Assembly: GCF_030028105.1 (NCBI RefSeq)
Contig: NC_092377.1
Span: 21,448,782-21,512,781 of the forward strand
DNA: 64,000 nucleotides
Direction of reading: 5' to 3'
From: Mobula birostris
Taxonomy: Eukaryota
Shown here: positions 63,340 to 64,000 of the stretch, piece after piece
Position numbering within the stretch: the stretch's first letter is position 1
Layout of the letters: the number at the start of each line of letters is the position of its first letter
Position numbers and translations under genes: made by a program
Notes under the pieces: generated by a model
Databases searched by the model: none
What the model was told of the DNA's origin: nothing
What the model saw: the letters and a program-made list of their open reading frames with translations, nothing else

Positions 63340-64000
63340 CATATCCCTCGAAAACTTTCCTTTTCCTACAGCTATCCAATTTTCTTTAGAACGAAGGAGA
63401 TGTTCTCCTTTTTCAAAGAAAAGGGTTTCCCTTCCTCAACCATCTATGCTGCCCTCAACCACATCTCTTCCATTCCACACGTCTGCAATCACCTCTGATC
63501 TGAGCCGACATTTACGTGCCGGGCGGCACCTAATTAATTAGCTTGTTTATTTTGGTTTTTTTCTTAAGGACGTGCAGGGTGCATTCCAATTACCGCTGCA
63601 CCACTGCATTCTTTGCGGCAATGTATTGGTCCGCGGCCCGGAGGTTGGGGACCACTGCTCTAACCCCATCCTTCCGCCAACCTACGAGGGACAGGGTTCC
63701 TCTTGTCCTCGCCTACCACAGCACCAGCCTCCGTCTCCAGCACTTCTGGCACTTCCAACGGGATCCCACCACCAAGCACATCTTTCCCTCCCCCTCACTT
63801 TCCGCTCTCCGCAGGGATCGCTCCCTACACGACTCCCTTGTCCATTCATTCCTCCCCATTGATCTCCCTCCTGGTATCCTTGCAAGCCAAGTGAGGCGAC
63901 ACTTCACTTGAGAGTCTGATGGGGTCATCGACTGTGTCCAGTGCTCCCGGTGTGGCCCCCTGTACATTGGTGACACCCGACATAGATTGGGAGGCTGATT
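63340..64000 (+). mobile_element. Penelope-like fragment (GIY-YIG start) containing a half copy of the hAT MITE (~63497-63657)
   Basis: RDRVPLVLAYH...LQRDPTTKHIFP..PLSA.RRDRSL.DSLV; GVI.C..C.RCGPLYIGDT; the MITE end ggaggttggggaccactg at 63657. Confidence 0.85.

Noticed and set aside
1-64000. CRISPR arrays, rRNA, bona fide tRNA genes or prokaryotic systems
   Set aside because: The sequence is vertebrate intronic/exonic DNA; tRNA-like boxes belong to SINEs and no spaced direct-repeat arrays were seen.

Overview
Vertebrate genomic DNA, most likely a cartilaginous fish (inferred from the CR1, V-SINE, Penelope and Rex-Babar repeat landscape). The window lies entirely inside BIRC6 (Apollon/BRUCE) on the minus strand. 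I located 11 consecutive internal coding exons (62715 down to 19714; 2591 nt, GT-AG boundaries, phases consistent throughout). The intron after the last of these runs off the left end of the window (>19.7 kb). Inside that intron, antisense to BIRC6, is a 50-codon ORF (712-864, below the ORF-track cut-off) encoding a TUNAR/megamind-family single-pass transmembrane microprotein. The introns are otherwise filled with nested mobile elements: CR1, L1, Rex1/Babar, RTE, Penelope-like elements, V-SINEs, and hAT, mariner and Tigger DNA transposon derivatives. The Penelope-like terminal repeats carry minimal hammerhead ribozyme motifs. Two short, apparently recent insertions (2527-2625 and ~13598-13730) retain an intact catalytic core. 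Gene and family assignments come from recalled sequences, not database searches. Repeat boundaries are approximate unless target-site duplications (TSDs) are given.
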